Shown here: in pieces, positions 61,534 to 64,000 of the stretch | Position numbering within the stretch: the first letter of the stretch is position 1 | Layout of the letters: the number at the start of each line of letters is the position of its first letter | Assembly (NCBI GenBank): GCA_024689465.1 | Contig: JAILDL010000128.1 | Coordinates: forward strand, 2,126-66,125 | Source: Lachnospiraceae bacterium | GTDB lineage: Bacteria > Bacillota > Clostridia > Lachnospirales > Lachnospiraceae | Reading direction: 5' to 3' | Length of the DNA: 64,000 bases | Position numbers and translations under genes: made by a program | The notes under the pieces: generated by a model | What the model was told of the DNA's origin: nothing | Database searches by the model: none | Seen by the model: the letters and a program-made list of their open reading frames with translations, nothing else

Positions 61534-63276
61534 ATGATGAGATCACTTTACTCTGGTGTAGCAGGTCTTAAGACCCACCAGACGAAGATGGACGTTATCG
61601 GTAACAATATTGCAAACGTAAACACTGTGGCATACAAGTCCCAGTCCGTTACCTTCAGCGAGTTACTTTATCAGACAACCAGCCAGGCATCCGGCCCCAA
61701 CGCCGCAACCGGCGTGGGCGGTACCAATGCCCGTCAGATCGGTCTCGGTGTTAAATCCGGAGCCATCAATACCAACATTACACAGTCCGGTTCTTCTCAG
61801 ACGACCAACAACCCGTTTGATATTCAGATTTCCGGCGACTCCTTCTTCATTGTCAATAACGGATCCGAGAACTTCTTTACCAGAGACGGTTCTTTCTACG
61901 TAGATGCAGCCGGTAACCTGTGTATGACCAGTACCGGTTACAACGTAATGGGCTGGCAGACAGAAGTCAGCGATACCGGCGCCCTGCAGATCAAGCAGGA
62001 TACCGTTTCCGCTCTGCGTATCATGAGTGCAGACAACCTGACCTATCCCGCAGAAGCTACTTCCAAGGCATATGTTTCCGGTATTCTGGACCGGAATGAT
62101 ACCAATGTAAACAGCTCCGGTAAGATCGTCAGCCTGCAGTTCTACGATAACTTAGGTTACAAGTACACTGCAAAGATCAAGTTCCTGGCAACCTCCACCG
62201 ACGGACAGTATGCCATGAGCCTTTCCGATCTGCTGGATTCCAACGGTGTATCCGTAATGGATGATGCAGGTGCCTACCTGGGATCTTCCGTTCCTACCAA
62301 GTTTGCAACCCCCAGACAGCTGGGTGTTTCTTCGGACTATACCGTAGATGCAGCAAATCATACCATTACCTATCAGGACGGCACCCATTATGTAAAGGTG
62401 ACCGTGGCAAACGACGGCACCATCACACCGACCGTTTGGAAGGACAGAGAGTGCACCCAGGCAGAAGAGGATGCAACAGCACTGGCTGAGGTAGATACCA
62501 CCAACACCAACATCCAGAAGCATATCGCCGCTGCCTTCGGATACGACAGCTATACGGAATTCGCAAACCTGACCTATTACGAGGATGAGGACGCGGAGAC
62601 CAACGATGTGATGACCAAGGTAGGGGATAAGCTCTACGACGTGCTGGGTACTGTAAACGGTGGCGTCAGCTCTCTGTCCATCATCGGTCAGTACATCTCC
62701 GGTGCGACCGTGCAGTACTCTACCGCAGACGGCTCCTTTATCGGCGTAAACGGAACCACCAACAAAAACGTTACCCTGCACTTTGGTAATGCAGCAGGAA
62801 ACTACAGCGATATCGCCATTGACCTGTCTTCCTCCAGTAACGTTAACAACGACGGTACTTCCACCATGACCGCTACCAACGGCGATCAGGACGGTGCAGG
62901 AAGCGGACGTGCGGTGGGTAACATGAGCGGTGTGACCATTTCCAAGTCCGGTTTGATCTATGCGACTTATGACAATGGCCAGACAAAGCTTCTGGGACAG
63001 ATCGCAGTTGCTTCCTTTGCAAATGCGTCCGGCCTTTCCAAAGAAGGAGATAACCTGTATGCAGCAACCCAGAACTCCGGCGAGTTCGACGGCGTTGGCG
63101 TAGACATCTCCGCTGACGGTTCCTACATGACCACCGGTGCTCTGGAAATGTCCAACGTGGATCTGTCCGCAGAGTTTACCGAGATGATCACCACCCAGCG
63201 TGGTTTCCAGGCCAACAGCCGTATCATCACCGTATCCGATACGCTCCTGGAGGAGCTGATCAACCTGAAGCGCTAA
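61534..63276 (+). CDS. flgE: Flagellar hook protein FlgE (with a large central variable insertion)
   Basis: N-terminus MMRSLYSGVAGLKTHQTKMDVIGNNIANVNT. C-terminus ...GFQANSRIITVSDTLLEELINLKR. 580 aa. Confidence 0.9.
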   Translation: MMRSLYSGVAGLKTHQTKMDVIGNNIANVNTVAYKSQSVTFSELLYQTTSQASGPNAATGVGGTNARQIGLGVKSGAINTNITQSGSSQTTNNPFDIQISGDSFFIVNNGSENFFTRDGSFYVDAAGNLCMTSTGYNVMGWQTEVSDTGALQIKQDTVSALRIMSADNLTYPAEATSKAYVSGILDRNDTNVNSSGKIVSLQFYDNLGYKYTAKIKFLATSTDGQYAMSLSDLLDSNGVSVMDDAGAYLGSSVPTKFATPRQLGVSSDYTVDAANHTITYQDGTHYVKVTVANDGTITPTVWKDRECTQAEEDATALAEVDTTNTNIQKHIAAAFGYDSYTEFANLTYYEDEDAETNDVMTKVGDKLYDVLGTVNGGVSSLSIIGQYISGATVQYSTADGSFIGVNGTTNKNVTLHFGNAAGNYSDIAIDLSSSSNVNNDGTSTMTATNGDQDGAGSGRAVGNMSGVTISKSGLIYATYDNGQTKLLGQIAVASFANASGLSKEGDNLYAATQNSGEFDGVGVDISADGSYMTTGALEMSNVDLSAEFTEMITTQRGFQANSRIITVSDTLLEELINLKR

Positions 63277-63491
63277 TAACAGATAGTCTCGCTGGCGCTC
63301 GCCTATCTGTACACGTTGCTTTGCAACGTGCGAAACGGATAGTTTCATTGGCACTTGCCGGACCGGCAGAGATTTCGTAACAGACGTTCTTGATCGGAAG
63401 CGGAAAAATAACGCGTGAAAATATTGTAGAAAAAATATTTTAAAATGATTAAGCTGTCTGAATTGTTTTAAAAGTCTCATTGTGGTATCAT

Positions 63492-63540
63492 AGGGGTATC
63501 TTGTAGAAATTGCTTTTACAGATACCCCTATTTGTTTTAT
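63492..63540 (+). terminator. Terminator-like stem-loop immediately upstream of the flbD RBS
   Basis: AGGGGTATC-(20-nt loop)-GATACCCCT followed by ATTTGTTTTAT. Confidence 0.4.
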
Positions 63541-63557
63541 CTGCCAGGGAGGCTTCT

Positions 63558-63737
63558 ATGATTGAAGTTACCAAGATAAACGGCGTAAAGATCCTGATCA
63601 ACGAGGACCTGATCGAGGTGGTGGAAGAGACCCCGGATACGGTGATCACACTGACCACAAAACGCACGATTATCGTGAAAGAAAGTAGACAAGAAATCAA
63701 AAATCTTGTAAAATTGTTCAAGAAAGACCTCTTATAA
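63558..63737 (+). CDS. flbD: Flagellar protein FlbD
   Basis: 59 aa. MIEVTKINGVKILINEDLIEVVEETPDTVITLTTKRTIIVKES: FlbD family. GGGAGG RBS. Confidence 0.8.
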   Translation: MIEVTKINGVKILINEDLIEVVEETPDTVITLTTKRTIIVKESRQEIKNLVKLFKKDLL

Positions 63738-63764
63738 TAAGCGAAAAAGGCTAGGTGAGGATTT

Positions 63765-64000
63765 TTGGATATAGCGTCACTGGTTGGACTCGTGGTATGT
63801 ATCGGACTGGTTTTGTTCGCGATCATGGCCGAGGATCCTTCCGCAATTATACATTTCCTAGATTTTCAGTCCGTTCTTATTACCCTGGGCGGTGCGTTCA
63901 TGTCCGTTATGGCTGGATGTACCATGCAGGATTTTATTGGTGGTTTAAAGAGTTTTACCCTGGTGCTCAAGATGCCCCAGCTCAATACCACAGGTACGAT
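63765..64000 (+). CDS. motA: Flagellar motor stator protein MotA (5' part; continues beyond the window)
   Basis: TTG start with an AGGTGAGGA RBS. (M)DIASLVGLVVCIGLVLFAIM... resembles the B. subtilis MotA N-terminus. Confidence 0.7.
   Translation, partial: MDIASLVGLVVCIGLVLFAIMAEDPSAIIHFLDFQSVLITLGGAFMSVMAGCTMQDFIGGLKSFTLVLKMPQLNTTGT

Overview
Firmicutes (Clostridia/Lachnospiraceae-like) chromosomal segment, about 52% GC. Almost all genes are on the + strand and often overlap by 1-8 nt (operons). No tRNA or rRNA genes, no CRISPR array, no transposase or integrase genes, and no terminal inverted repeats were recognised. All homology statements are from reading motifs in the ORF-track proteins; no search was run.

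In order along the window:
(1) 1-13.4 kb, a carbohydrate-capture/import locus. It starts with the 3' end of a GH10 xylanase. Next is a ~980-aa membrane-anchored protein made of two tandem CBM-like modules fused to a solute-binding domain. Then come two separate pairs of CUT1-type ABC permeases (LplB/LplC-like), an NHL beta-propeller protein, a Yip1 membrane protein, a large DUF5696-like protein and a second, lipoprotein SBP. No ATPase is encoded in the locus.
(2) 13.5-21.2 kb, an unusual 'doubled' MacAB/YknXYZ-like ABC exporter. It has two HlyD-type lipoprotein adaptors, one 932-aa permease with two FtsX-like halves, and two different ATPases. The second ATPase carries a C-terminal AbrB/SpoVT-like domain.
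(3) cbiM(N)QO Co/Ni ECF importer, a cold-shock protein, and niaR with a candidate operator in front of a PTS-EIIC-like transporter.
(4) An M23 peptidase plus bactofilin pair, a PspA plus SPFH/zinc-ribbon pair, and then housekeeping genes: pcrA, rlmD-like, lacZ (GH2), rpsT, lepA, hemW, pilT, comM, dprA, topA, codY.
(5) The start of the fla/che flagellar operon (flgB-flgC-fliE-fliF-fliG-fliH-fliI-fliJ-ylxF-fliK-flgD-flgE-flbD-motA). Between codY and flgB lie stacked palindromes, a sigmaD-like element, a strong terminator and a sigmaA promoter.

The most novel-looking systems are the composite glycan locus (1) and the asymmetric exporter (2).
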